From a virus (Duplodnaviria > Caudoviricetes), in the IMG/VR virus record IMGVR_UViG_3300025103_000066, positions 1-37,198 of that record: 37,198 nt of DNA; one strand, given 5' to 3'. The position numbers were made by a program, and so were the translations under genes. This document shows, piece after piece, positions 8,290 to 17,687 of this stretch. Each line of letters starts with the position of its first letter. Position 1 is the first letter of the stretch. A model generated the notes under the pieces. It was not told the origin of the DNA, did no database searches, and saw only the letters and a program-made list of their open reading frames with translations.

Positions 8290-9228
8290 CTAAGATAAGA
8301 AGGTTGCTAAATCTATAACTTCATAAAAACAAGTTACCTTTACAGGGCTATTACCTGATGTTACTGCACCAGCTAAAGATATAACCAGTGGTGCATTATC
8401 CACTAAAGTCATTTTTTGCGAAAATACATAAGATCCGCTTCTATAGCCAATGATTGTATCAGCTGTTTGATCTAAAAGCTCTATTGTTTCAGGAAGTGCT
8501 ATTATTTCGCCTGTAATATCTGTAATTCTTATTTGAAAATTATCAGCAGCGGCAATCCCAGCATAAGCGGTACTGTTATAATCTAAACCGAGTATAACTC
8601 TATTTAACAAAATTGCTTTTCCAGATCCTTGAGCTGGTACAACCTCTATTTCAGTTGTGTGCAACGCAAGAATATTTGCAGGACTTAAAGTAACACTATT
8701 TCTTTTGATAATCATGCTTTGATCAGCAAGCATTGCCCTTGCATCAGATCCAACTGTAAACAATCCAGCTGTTCCCGATCCTGTAAAATAAGGCACCTGA
8801 TCAGCTGCTGAAGTTAACCCAGCTATTGCAGATAATTCTGCATCCTGTGCTTGTACGTCCGTTCCTATTTCAAGGTTAAAATCAGCTTTAAATTCTGCTT
8901 CTGTGCGACCTTCTAACCCGTTTGCAGTGAATCTTGCATATTCTGCTGTATTAGGCGAACCATCCACTTCAAGAAGGTTATCATCTGCAATGCCGACTGT
9001 TTGTTGTGCTAATACGTCTGTTCCTATTGCCAGCCCCAGATTTGTTCTTGCTGTAGCTGCACTGGCAATATAACTTAAATTATAGGTTCCTATAAAAGTT
9101 GAAACTTGCGACCACAAATAACCCTTTGTAATATCAGAATCACCTGAATCATCAACAAAGCCTTTATCATTGGCTTTTATGGCTGTTATGGGTTTTGCTG
9201 CGTATTTATCAGCTGCTGTATTAGTCAT
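8290..9228 (-). CDS. Virion fibre protein
   Basis: ATARTNLGL and DAELSAIAGLTSAADQVPYFTGSGTA fibre modules; beta-rich C-terminal domain. Confidence 0.7.
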   Translation of the reverse strand: MTNTAADKYAAKPITAIKANDKGFVDDSGDSDITKGYLWSQVSTFIGTYNLSYIASAATARTNLGLAIGTDVLAQQTVGIADDNLLEVDGSPNTAEYARFTANGLEGRTEAEFKADFNLEIGTDVQAQDAELSAIAGLTSAADQVPYFTGSGTAGLFTVGSDARAMLADQSMIIKRNSVTLSPANILALHTTEIEVVPAQGSGKAILLNRVILGLDYNSTAYAGIAAADNFQIRITDITGEIIALPETIELLDQTADTIIGYRSGSYVFSQKMTLVDNAPLVISLAGAVTSGNSPVKVTCFYEVIDLATFLS

Positions 9229-9237
9229 AATTAATAC

Positions 9238-10041
9238 CTATATATAATTTGCTTTATGCCGCACATTTAATTGATTAGCAACTATTGCAATTTGTGCATC
9301 AGTTAAAGCCGCATTAAATCCAGCAAAGCTTTTAGCCCTCGACCCATTAGCCAAAGGGAAAGCACCAGTATTATAAGCACCTATTGAAGCCTTAGCACCG
9401 CTTGCATCTGTGGTTGTGGTTCCGAATGTGTGCGAAAAATCAACACCTGCTGATGAATTTAACCAGAATGTGGTGGTGTTGGTGCTGTGCTTATGCGAAA
9501 CTGCTACAAAATTCCAAGCACTAGCATTTAATGTAGCTGTAGAAAGTGAACCTACATTTGCAGAACCATCACCTTGATTCATGTAAACTTTGTCAGTAGA
9601 AGAAAGTGAATATATATCAACACCTTGGTTAATGCCGTTAGCATTTTTAGTTGTTATAAAAGCCTGTGTTGCACTTATGTAATAAACCGTGAAAACAAAT
9701 GTAAAATCACTACCGCCTGTAGTTTTATGAATGGATTTTAAAAAGTCACTAATTGCATTCACACCCTTGAAGTGTCCTACACCATCAAACAGAAAATAAG
9801 CATCGTGACTGCCTTGCGTTCCTGTAAACACTGGCAAAGAGGCACCAACTGCTTCAAAATCATATTCATCTTGTGTATCACTATCTGCTGGGCTTCCTTC
9901 CATATTAAGAAGATTGCCACCAGCATATGATGCAATCCTTGTAGCATCTAAATCAAAAACGCAACTAGGAACAATACTACCTATAGGCTTTGTTATAGGC
10001 GGTATTATAGATCCTAATGAATTTGAAATTCCTATTATCAT
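9238..10041 (-). CDS. LamG/concanavalin-like protein, putative head-spike fibre
   Basis: MIIGISNSLG N-terminus; FDLDA, WNFVAVS, FNAALTDAQI LamG-type motifs; directly follows the spike base gene. Confidence 0.7.
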   Translation of the reverse strand: MIIGISNSLGSIIPPITKPIGSIVPSCVFDLDATRIASYAGGNLLNMEGSPADSDTQDEYDFEAVGASLPVFTGTQGSHDAYFLFDGVGHFKGVNAISDFLKSIHKTTGGSDFTFVFTVYYISATQAFITTKNANGINQGVDIYSLSSTDKVYMNQGDGSANVGSLSTATLNASAWNFVAVSHKHSTNTTTFWLNSSAGVDFSHTFGTTTTDASGAKASIGAYNTGAFPLANGSRAKSFAGFNAALTDAQIAIVANQLNVRHKANYI

Positions 10042-10289
10042 TAATAAACACCATATAAAACTGTTGCAGTGGTACCAGTTGAATTTATTCTTTTAGGGCT
10101 TAATGGCAATACAACACCAGTAGCAAGAACGCCATCTGCTAAGGTTGTTGTTGTATCATCTTCATTAACCATAACGACACTTCCAGCCCCTACTATTATT
10201 CCCCTTGGTACAGGACTAAAATTAGTGGAATCATGTGCAGTTAATGCTTTAATATTTCCAGCTGGTGATGTGCTTTTTTCTCTTGACAT
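10041..10289 (-). CDS. Head-spike base protein, RcGTA Rcc01079-like
   Basis: SPA...ALTAHDST....PRGIIVG...G.VLPLSPKRINSTGTTAT..G family pattern. Confidence 0.8.
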   Translation of the reverse strand: MSREKSTSPAGNIKALTAHDSTNFSPVPRGIIVGAGSVVMVNEDDTTTTLADGVLATGVVLPLSPKRINSTGTTATVLYGVY

Positions 10290-10347
10290 TTCAAACCCTT
10301 TTTTAAGTTATAATTTATATTAACAACAATACGCTAAATAGTAAAAT

Positions 10348-12333
10348 TTATTTTATTGCAAGATATTTTATAGTTCCGGCACTCATGCTACCAGTCAAAC
10401 CTGTAACTGTGAATCTGACTCTATTTATGCTACCAGTAGTGCCGAACCCATGAGCTTTAACCGTTGGTGCTACACCAGTCCAATTGTTATCACCAGAACC
10501 TGTTGCACCAGTATCATAAGTAAAATAATGCAAGTATTGATGATCAGAACTTGCTTTAAGTCCTATCTCTATTTGCCCTGTACATCTAAAAGCACCAGCA
10601 CCCCCACCTTCTGAACCAAGTGAAAATTCAGCACTCCAAGTAGAACCACTATCATCTGAAACTGCAAAAGTCATTGCAGAGCTTCCAGTTCCCGAGGCTG
10701 CACGCACATCTTGTAACATACAGATAACTTTTGTGTATCCAGTAGGAATTGTTGCAGTTAAGGTTGCGGTACCACTTCCAGAAAATGAACCGCTGGTGCC
10801 TGTTGATCTAAAATCAGATTGATTAAGCGTTGCTATATCCCCAAGCCCTAAAGTAGATCTTGCAGCTGAGGCACTGGCATCATCAATTAAACTTCTGCCA
10901 AAAGAAGTAAGGCTTGTTAATGCGGTTGCTATTCCACTTGTATAATAAAATATCTTATCAGCTGAAGGAACTAAAGCATCCATTGCCCTTAAGTTGCTAA
11001 TGCCCTGTTCATTCATATTAAGAACATTTTCATCATAATAATTAAACAGGGTTGTAGATTCAAAATCACTTGAACCATCATTTTCAATATAACCTACCGC
11101 ACGCCAACTATTATATGGATGGTACCAGCCTTTCAGAATGCCCCTTAAATCATAAGGCTTTTTATCACTTAAAACAGCTTCACCTTCTTCAGTTATATAT
11201 GCAAAATAGGTTGTTGATGCACCTTCTGTAACACCGCTTTCAAGATCTGTTGCAATATCCCATTCAAATTCAGTATGCCTTGTGTTTACGATTGTTCCAT
11301 AAACATTAATATCAAAATCAAATTCATTAGCAGAAAGAACAGTTGTGCTTATATACTTTGCATTAACAGGATTTGAAGCAACGTATGCTTTTGTAAGATC
11401 AAAGGATCTTGAAGCAACACAGTTAGTTGCATTAATGACAGCTATTCCTACGGGTATTCTATTTACTTCAGCAAAGCTTGCACCACCGTAACGCTTCCAT
11501 TTTCCAGCAACTAAATCAAACCAATAATCACCAGTTGCTGGTGAAGAAGGTTCAGCAATATCATATACAGGTGAAGTATATGTTACATCTACAGTAAGTG
11601 CATCATCTTCAACAAAAACCCAGCCAGCAGACATTATTGTTAAAGTATCGTTATTTGATAACGCTACACGCTCCAACGGTGAACCAGAACTATCAAGAAA
11701 ATAACCCCTATAAATATTAGTTAATTCAGTAGCTGATTCAATATAGGCAAGCATATATTCAGTTGAGGTTTTGAAAACAGCATATTGCCCTACACGGCTT
11801 GTAATTTCAGAACCAGCTGTATCTATTAAAAGTGTGGTACCATCTTCACCCTGCCACTTGCTAGATTCTTGCCCTGTTAAGCTGGTATCATTTACTAAAC
11901 ATGTATTATTTGTTGATGGTGCTACAGTAAGCCCTGTTTCAGCAAGATCTGTTGATATTGTGGTGCTTGTTCCATCAATATTTAATACAAGGCTTGTTGT
12001 TGCCCCCTCAACCGTTACAGTTGCCGCTGCACCTGAAGCCCTTAAAAAATCAGGTCTAATACTGGTGCTTATTGTCTTTCCCGACAAAATAGCATTTGCT
12101 TCACCTGTAAGATTGCCTAAATCAACTGTTGCACCACCTATAACAAGGCTCGTTGCATATAATGCCCCCCAAGGTGTAACAGCAGATCCTATATCTTGCC
12201 CTGAAGCCACCGCACCAGAGGAAGGATCACGCCCGACAACTGCACCTAATAAAACGCTTCTAAAGTCATTATACCAACTTTCATCTTGTGTATCACCTGA
12301 ATTTTTAGCACTTGAAATATCTGTTGTACCCAT
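10348..12333 (-). CDS. Tail fibre / receptor-binding protein
   Basis: 661 aa, Thr/Ser/Gly-rich; EPSSPATGDYWFD and LTSFGRSLIDDASASAARSTLGLG fibre motifs; follows the baseplate genes. Confidence 0.8.
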   Translation of the reverse strand: MGTTDISSAKNSGDTQDESWYNDFRSVLLGAVVGRDPSSGAVASGQDIGSAVTPWGALYATSLVIGGATVDLGNLTGEANAILSGKTISTSIRPDFLRASGAAATVTVEGATTSLVLNIDGTSTTISTDLAETGLTVAPSTNNTCLVNDTSLTGQESSKWQGEDGTTLLIDTAGSEITSRVGQYAVFKTSTEYMLAYIESATELTNIYRGYFLDSSGSPLERVALSNNDTLTIMSAGWVFVEDDALTVDVTYTSPVYDIAEPSSPATGDYWFDLVAGKWKRYGGASFAEVNRIPVGIAVINATNCVASRSFDLTKAYVASNPVNAKYISTTVLSANEFDFDINVYGTIVNTRHTEFEWDIATDLESGVTEGASTTYFAYITEEGEAVLSDKKPYDLRGILKGWYHPYNSWRAVGYIENDGSSDFESTTLFNYYDENVLNMNEQGISNLRAMDALVPSADKIFYYTSGIATALTSLTSFGRSLIDDASASAARSTLGLGDIATLNQSDFRSTGTSGSFSGSGTATLTATIPTGYTKVICMLQDVRAASGTGSSAMTFAVSDDSGSTWSAEFSLGSEGGGAGAFRCTGQIEIGLKASSDHQYLHYFTYDTGATGSGDNNWTGVAPTVKAHGFGTTGSINRVRFTVTGLTGSMSAGTIKYLAIK

Positions 12334-12343
12334 GTTGCCCTCT

Positions 12344-13633
12344 TTATGATTCTCTTAATCTTAATGCGGTTAAAAATGTTTTTGTATCGTATTCAATGCC
12401 TATTACTTTCCAGATCCTATTAGGAGCGATCTTTATGCCACCTATAACATAAGGGCTTTTTTCACTACCGGCAACGCTGGAACCGGCAAGCGGTATTTTA
12501 CTTCCATTAAAAGGTTTATGCCGCTTTCTGTAGTCTATTGTAACAGGATCTAAAATATTAACACCTGTGGATATGTCAGTTTTAACATATACTTTTAATT
12601 CTGCCTTTGGAACCTTGAACTGTTCAAGGTAATAATCAGCAATAGCTGTAGCTGTAGCTGTGCTGGTAATAAAATCAAATGTGTATGATTTTAAGCCTAT
12701 TCCATATCTATCAACAAAGGTTTCATCTGTTGAAGTTTGTTCATTAACAGTTATAGTATTAAAGGTTCTTTGTAACCCATTGTTATAATTATTTATTTTG
12801 GCTATATTGTCCCTTTGGTATGGATCACCAGCACCATATAATTCTAAGTTAGAACCCCCTACTGATTCCAAGGATTGTAATGTTGCACCAGCTTCATCTG
12901 TAAGCACTGCACCAGCTTCATCTGTAAGGCTTGCATATACAGCGGCACCTGATGAACCAACAGTACGATCTGAAACAACCATATCACCAGCATCATCAAT
13001 ATAAAAAACACTACCAGAAGCATTTAATAAAAGCTCCAAAACCGTTCTTGAATCCTTTTGTGAAAAGGGTGTTGAATCATCAATTATGCCATCATAGCCA
13101 ACGCTGACTTTTCCAGCATCGTATCCTAGAATAGCCGTGATAGCCGGTCTATTTAATACAGATTTAATAGCCGCTGAAAATGTTACACCATCATTAATTA
13201 AACCACCTATAACTTTAACTTTCCTAAATATTGAATCTTGCGATAATATACGGAATTTCACGGTGTCTTTTTCAAAGTCTTGAAGGGTTGCTTCATCGTT
13301 AATTAAGCCATTATAAATAACACTTTCAGTACCAGCTTCATTTGTGTACTTCACTTGGATCTTTGCCCTATCCCTTGTGAAATAGAACATGCTACTTGAT
13401 TCAGTTTCATCATTAAACCTACCATCATAATTAGCAACAGTAAGGCTTAAATCTGCATATGTATAAATCCCTATATCATAACTACCAGAATCAACTGATT
13501 GCTTAATTTTATTGAACTTTCTAGCAATTACATAATCAGTAATATCCACCTGATCACCATAGGTTTCATTTGTTTTTAGTGGTGTTACTAGAATTGTGTA
13601 AAAAGCAACATTCATCTTAAACTTCCTCTGCAA
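12344..13633 (-). CDS. Baseplate hub / Tal-like tail protein
   Basis: Second gene after the TMP; LSLTVANYDGRF and LDPVTIDY...WKVIGIEYD hub-type pattern. Confidence 0.7.
   Translation of the reverse strand: MQRKFKMNVAFYTILVTPLKTNETYGDQVDITDYVIARKFNKIKQSVDSGSYDIGIYTYADLSLTVANYDGRFNDETESSSMFYFTRDRAKIQVKYTNEAGTESVIYNGLINDEATLQDFEKDTVKFRILSQDSIFRKVKVIGGLINDGVTFSAAIKSVLNRPAITAILGYDAGKVSVGYDGIIDDSTPFSQKDSRTVLELLLNASGSVFYIDDAGDMVVSDRTVGSSGAAVYASLTDEAGAVLTDEAGATLQSLESVGGSNLELYGAGDPYQRDNIAKINNYNNGLQRTFNTITVNEQTSTDETFVDRYGIGLKSYTFDFITSTATATAIADYYLEQFKVPKAELKVYVKTDISTGVNILDPVTIDYRKRHKPFNGSKIPLAGSSVAGSEKSPYVIGGIKIAPNRIWKVIGIEYDTKTFLTALRLRES
12884..12928. repeat. Tandem 21-bp identical repeat (24-bp period) encoding LTDEAGA twice
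   Basis: tgcaccagcttcatctgtaag at 12884-12904 and 12908-12928. Confidence 0.9.
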
Positions 13634-14432
13634 GTTTTATGCTTGTAACAGGAGAACCTATATATACATTACCACGCCAAATAGTTCTTGTTTTGTCATA
13701 AGTTTGAACCTGATATAAATCTTTCAGCCTCCAATTCTTAAAGTCAACAGAAAAATTAGCTGCCCCATACTTACCACCACAAAGCCAAATTAAAAACGGC
13801 TCTTGGCTTTCATACATTGAATCTATTATATCAATATCAGCCTGATTAGTGTATTCCACCCTTAGCTGTGCATTAAATGTTTCAAAGTTTTTTTGTGTAA
13901 TATATTTACCTGTTACAACCTGGGAACGCTTTTCATTAGCATCAGAAAAAGGAATGACATTAGGAAAGCCCTCAAAAGTTCCTATTTCATCAGTTGTAAC
14001 AAATATTGTTATATATTTTTGGGCATCAACAATCTGTGTTTTAGTAGATGTAATATTGATCTGTGTTGTAGTTACCTGATCAAATTCATAATATGATGTG
14101 TTTTCTGAAAATGCAGTTTCAACAATGCCTGATTTACTGCCATCAACACCAACTACATTAGTGAAAGCTGTAGGGCTTGCACCATAGGTAATAGAAAAAT
14201 CTTTTAAGTTATGATCTACAATAAAAATTCTGCTGATTGTAGTGCTATCAAAGGTAATAGTAATAGTTTCAGCTGTGGTATCATCAGAACCGACACTATC
14301 CCATCTTAAATTTCTATTCATAGAAAGGATGTTATCAACAGAACCATCAGCTGAAGATGCAGTTGCATTGCCACTATCTTTAAACAAACTTGAACTTTTT
14401 TCAAAAACTTTTATGCCGCCTGATATTGTCAT
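13617..14432 (-). CDS. Distal tail (Dit-like) protein with an N-terminal jelly-roll domain
   Basis: Immediately follows the TMP; discoidin-like beta-rich N-terminal half. Confidence 0.6.
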   Translation of the reverse strand: MTISGGIKVFEKSSSLFKDSGNATASSADGSVDNILSMNRNLRWDSVGSDDTTAETITITFDSTTISRIFIVDHNLKDFSITYGASPTAFTNVVGVDGSKSGIVETAFSENTSYYEFDQVTTTQINITSTKTQIVDAQKYITIFVTTDEIGTFEGFPNVIPFSDANEKRSQVVTGKYITQKNFETFNAQLRVEYTNQADIDIIDSMYESQEPFLIWLCGGKYGAANFSVDFKNWRLKDLYQVQTYDKTRTIWRGNVYIGSPVTSIKLAEEV

Positions 14433-14434
14433 TA

Positions 14435-16993
14435 CTAGCCCCTATCTGTTCCAAGTGTTGAGTTTTCAAGCTGCCTTGCCGTTATAATTTCAGCAGCATC
14501 ATCTGTAAAACTTATTTCTATTCTTGTTGGGTTTGCATTAGATTCATCAAAATCACCGCCTTCTGTAGTCAATCCCCTTTGCCTTGCAGTTGCTGCAACT
14601 ACTTCTTCAAAATTTTTGCGTGGAACTACAAGTTCCCCATCTGCAAGCATTGCAGGGTGTCTATCGCCTGAACGTGATGCACCGGCACTACCTACCATGC
14701 CGCCCTGTTCTAAGCCTATAGCACTTGCAGTAATAGCTGCAATTTGAACAGCACCGGCTGCTGCCGTTGCTGCTACTATCGGAGCATTAAAAGGCGGCCC
14801 AGGTGGATTAGCTGCTGCAAGCTGAACGGCTTTCGCCGTATTAACCGTTGCACTTGCCAAAGCCCCAGCCTTTTCAATTAAGAATAAAGCCTTCTGTGCT
14901 GCTGATCCCTCTTTTACAAGCCCTTTACCTAAAGAGATTGCAGAACTTAAGGTGTCTTGTGCAAACTGTTTCTTGAATTTTAACCTTTCAGCTTCATCTT
15001 CTCTTTCAGCTTTAGCAACATCTTCAAGGTGTTTGAAGGTTTGTTTTTGTTCTTCAGTAAAGCCTTTTGTTAGGATTTTCTTTTTGTCTGCAATCTGCTT
15101 TTTAAGATTTACTATTTCAGTCTTATTAAACTTTTTCTGCTGGGCTTCCAGCAATGCAAGTTCAAGAGCTTTCAAGGCATCAACTGCTTCCTGTGCTGCA
15201 ATATTTTGTTCTTGAAGCCTGTTTTTATACTCCTGTTCCTGTAATAGCTTTGCTTCATTTTCAAGATTTTTTCTTTCCATTTCAGCAGCTGCTGCTGCTG
15301 TTCTTGCCTCTAATGCAGCAATAGATTCTTCTTCAATCTTTTCACGCATTTTTTCAGCATCAATTTCATCATAAATTTCTGCAAAACTTCTGCCTACATC
15401 GTTATTATTTTCAATCAATTCCTGATTGGCATCCTTCAGGGTTTGAATGTTATCTTTCATAGATTGAATGCGTGCATTGAATAGATCACTAGGCACCGCC
15501 TCCAAAGTGGCAACGCCTAATTCCTTCATTGAAATCAATAGGTTGTTAGTGGCTATCTTTGCATTATTAAAGCCTACTATTATTTGACCTACTAAAACTG
15601 TAAACCCAGCCTGAATACCTGTTGCAGTAGCATTCAAGGCTTCCATGTTGGTTATAATGGCTGCTGTAGCTGCTGTGATTGCAACAAAACCTACTACTAC
15701 AGGTGCCGCTGCAATGCCTAATGCAGTTAACCCAGCTGTAATAGCAATAACTGCTATACCAGCTGTTGAAATGGCGGCAATTAAGCCAGTCATAACCGTA
15801 ACAATACCTAGCACTGTTGCAGCTGTCTTTTTCGTTCCTTCATCAAGATCTAAGAAGCCTTGCAGAAATTCCCTAATAGTTATAACCGCATTCTTAACCG
15901 TTGGTGAAAAGAAGCCCCCTATTTGCTCTGAAATAGTGCCTATTGTGTTCTTTAGCTTCTTAGCTTCGCTATTTAATGATTTAGATTGAACTTCAAATTC
16001 TTTTTGTAGTGCGGTTGCATTTTCGGTTTCCTTTGCCGCTGTAGCTAATGCCCTGCCCAGCAATTCACTATTACCAGCCAAAACAGGAAGGACTTTTAAT
16101 ATTTCATCACCTTTTAAACCAAACCTTTCAAGGGCTGCTGCACCATCACCACCTGATTTAATAACGGTTCCTAAGCCTTCTGTAAATTTCTGGAATACAC
16201 CAACAGCATCTTCTTTAAATGTTTTTTCTAATTGATCACCTGTTAAGCCGGTTATTCTTTGCAGATCTTCAAAGGCTTCACCGCCTCCCCTTATGGAAGC
16301 ATCTATTGCACGAAATGCACGACCTACAGCAGATCCACCACCTTCAGCTTGAATGCCTACTGACTTTAAAGCAGTACCTAAAGCAGCCGCTTCAGCAGCA
16401 GAAACATCAAAAACAGTAGTTGTCTTAGCAACTTCTGTTGTCATGCGTGCAATCTCGCTTTCTGTTGCAGCAAAGTTATTACCAAGGGCAACAACTACTG
16501 AAGCAAAGTTATCTATTGTATCAATGCCTTCATTTGTTACATTTAAGATTCTTGTTAGGGCGGTTGCGGCTTCTTCACCAGATAGATCTGAAGCAGTACC
16601 AAGTTTAGCAATCGTTTCAGTAAACTTAATAAGGTTTGCCTTGCCTTTTACTCCTAACTGTCCAGCGGTTTGTGATATTGCAAGTAGTTCTTTTGTTGCA
16701 AATGGTAGCCTTGTAGAAAGCTTTTGAATATCCTTACCAAAGTTTGTTAGCTCTTTGCCGGTTAGATCTGCTGTTTTACCAACTCCAAGCAAACCATCTT
16801 CATAAACAGCAAATGATTTAACAGTTAATCCTATAGTGGTTGCTAGTCCAGCAAAGGCAATTGTTGAACCTTTGGCAATGTTTTTTAGGTCTTTTTCAAG
16901 ATTCTTTGTTTGCCCCTTTACCCTTTCAAATTCATCCCTTAAGGCTTTTGAATTTCCTTCAATCTTGATTATAACTGATCTGTTATCTGTCAT
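14435..16993 (-). CDS. Tail tape measure protein (TP901-like core)
   Basis: 852 aa, Ala-rich; AGQLGV, LGNNFAATESEI motifs; hydrophobic central segment; follows the chaperones. Confidence 0.95.
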   Translation of the reverse strand: MTDNRSVIIKIEGNSKALRDEFERVKGQTKNLEKDLKNIAKGSTIAFAGLATTIGLTVKSFAVYEDGLLGVGKTADLTGKELTNFGKDIQKLSTRLPFATKELLAISQTAGQLGVKGKANLIKFTETIAKLGTASDLSGEEAATALTRILNVTNEGIDTIDNFASVVVALGNNFAATESEIARMTTEVAKTTTVFDVSAAEAAALGTALKSVGIQAEGGGSAVGRAFRAIDASIRGGGEAFEDLQRITGLTGDQLEKTFKEDAVGVFQKFTEGLGTVIKSGGDGAAALERFGLKGDEILKVLPVLAGNSELLGRALATAAKETENATALQKEFEVQSKSLNSEAKKLKNTIGTISEQIGGFFSPTVKNAVITIREFLQGFLDLDEGTKKTAATVLGIVTVMTGLIAAISTAGIAVIAITAGLTALGIAAAPVVVGFVAITAATAAIITNMEALNATATGIQAGFTVLVGQIIVGFNNAKIATNNLLISMKELGVATLEAVPSDLFNARIQSMKDNIQTLKDANQELIENNNDVGRSFAEIYDEIDAEKMREKIEEESIAALEARTAAAAAEMERKNLENEAKLLQEQEYKNRLQEQNIAAQEAVDALKALELALLEAQQKKFNKTEIVNLKKQIADKKKILTKGFTEEQKQTFKHLEDVAKAEREDEAERLKFKKQFAQDTLSSAISLGKGLVKEGSAAQKALFLIEKAGALASATVNTAKAVQLAAANPPGPPFNAPIVAATAAAGAVQIAAITASAIGLEQGGMVGSAGASRSGDRHPAMLADGELVVPRKNFEEVVAATARQRGLTTEGGDFDESNANPTRIEISFTDDAAEIITARQLENSTLGTDRG

Positions 16994-17271
16994 TTTTTGC
17001 CCCGATTAGCCAAGTTTGCAAGGTATTTTTTTGTTATTTCTTGCTGCTCTTTTGAAGCAGTAGCAGCCTTAGTTTCTGTTCTTGGCTTAATTATCTTATC
17101 TTTTACATTAACACCGTGTAAACTGGCAGCATACCAGTAATCATTAGTTTCACGAATAGAAATAATTTCAAGCAATCTATTTGCTAATTTAGGAGTAACT
17201 GTTTTTAAAAACAAATCGTAGGTATAAGGATAATTTGAACCTATCTTATCATAGACTTCTTCAATATCCAT
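16990..17271 (-). CDS. Tail assembly chaperone, frameshift extension (gpT-like)
   Basis: In the -1 frame relative to the upstream ORF and open back to the A10 run. Confidence 0.8.
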   Translation of the reverse strand: MDIEEVYDKIGSNYPYTYDLFLKTVTPKLANRLLEIISIRETNDYWYAASLHGVNVKDKIIKPRTETKAATASKEQQEITKKYLANLANRGKK

Positions 17272-17687
17272 AATAACGGATTCACCAGAATTTTTTTTTT
17301 CGTTTCTGGTTCACTTAAACTATCTTGAACTTGTGCAACAATGCCGGTAAGGATCTTATTGTAATTATTCATTCCATCAGAAATATTACTTTTACACATC
17401 AAGCAATATAACTTATGGGCTTCTGTGGTTTCTTCTTCTTCACCATTAACTTCTAAAGGTATATTTTTTATTGTTTGCCTACTTTTTTCATCAAGCAAGC
17501 AATATGTAACAATAGCTAAATCTAATGGTGTTGGTTCATTCATCACAGAAGCAAGATCTTTACCTTCAGGCAATGCGGTTTTTATATCAACCATCTTGCC
17601 AAATGTCATAGGTACGATAGTTAAATTAACCACCGCACCATTAACAATTATAGATAACTTTTTATCCTTAACCACGCAATTTTTCAT
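17241..17687 (-). CDS. Tail assembly chaperone (gpG-like)
   Basis: Lies between the tail tube and TMP genes; slippery run near its 3' end. Confidence 0.8.
   Translation of the reverse strand: MKNCVVKDKKLSIIVNGAVVNLTIVPMTFGKMVDIKTALPEGKDLASVMNEPTPLDLAIVTYCLLDEKSRQTIKNIPLEVNGEEEETTEAHKLYCLMCKSNISDGMNNYNKILTGIVAQVQDSLSEPETKKKILVNPLLWILKKSMIR
17291..17300 (-). promoter_or_regulatory. -1 programmed ribosomal frameshift site (A10)
   Basis: ACG AAA AAA AAA ATT; a -1 slip reads on as ...NSGESVIMDIEE into the next ORF. Confidence 0.8.

Noticed and set aside
8290-12333. Diversity-generating retroelement or invertible fibre cassette
   Set aside because: No reverse transcriptase or invertase, and I saw no TR/VR pair or flanking inverted repeats.
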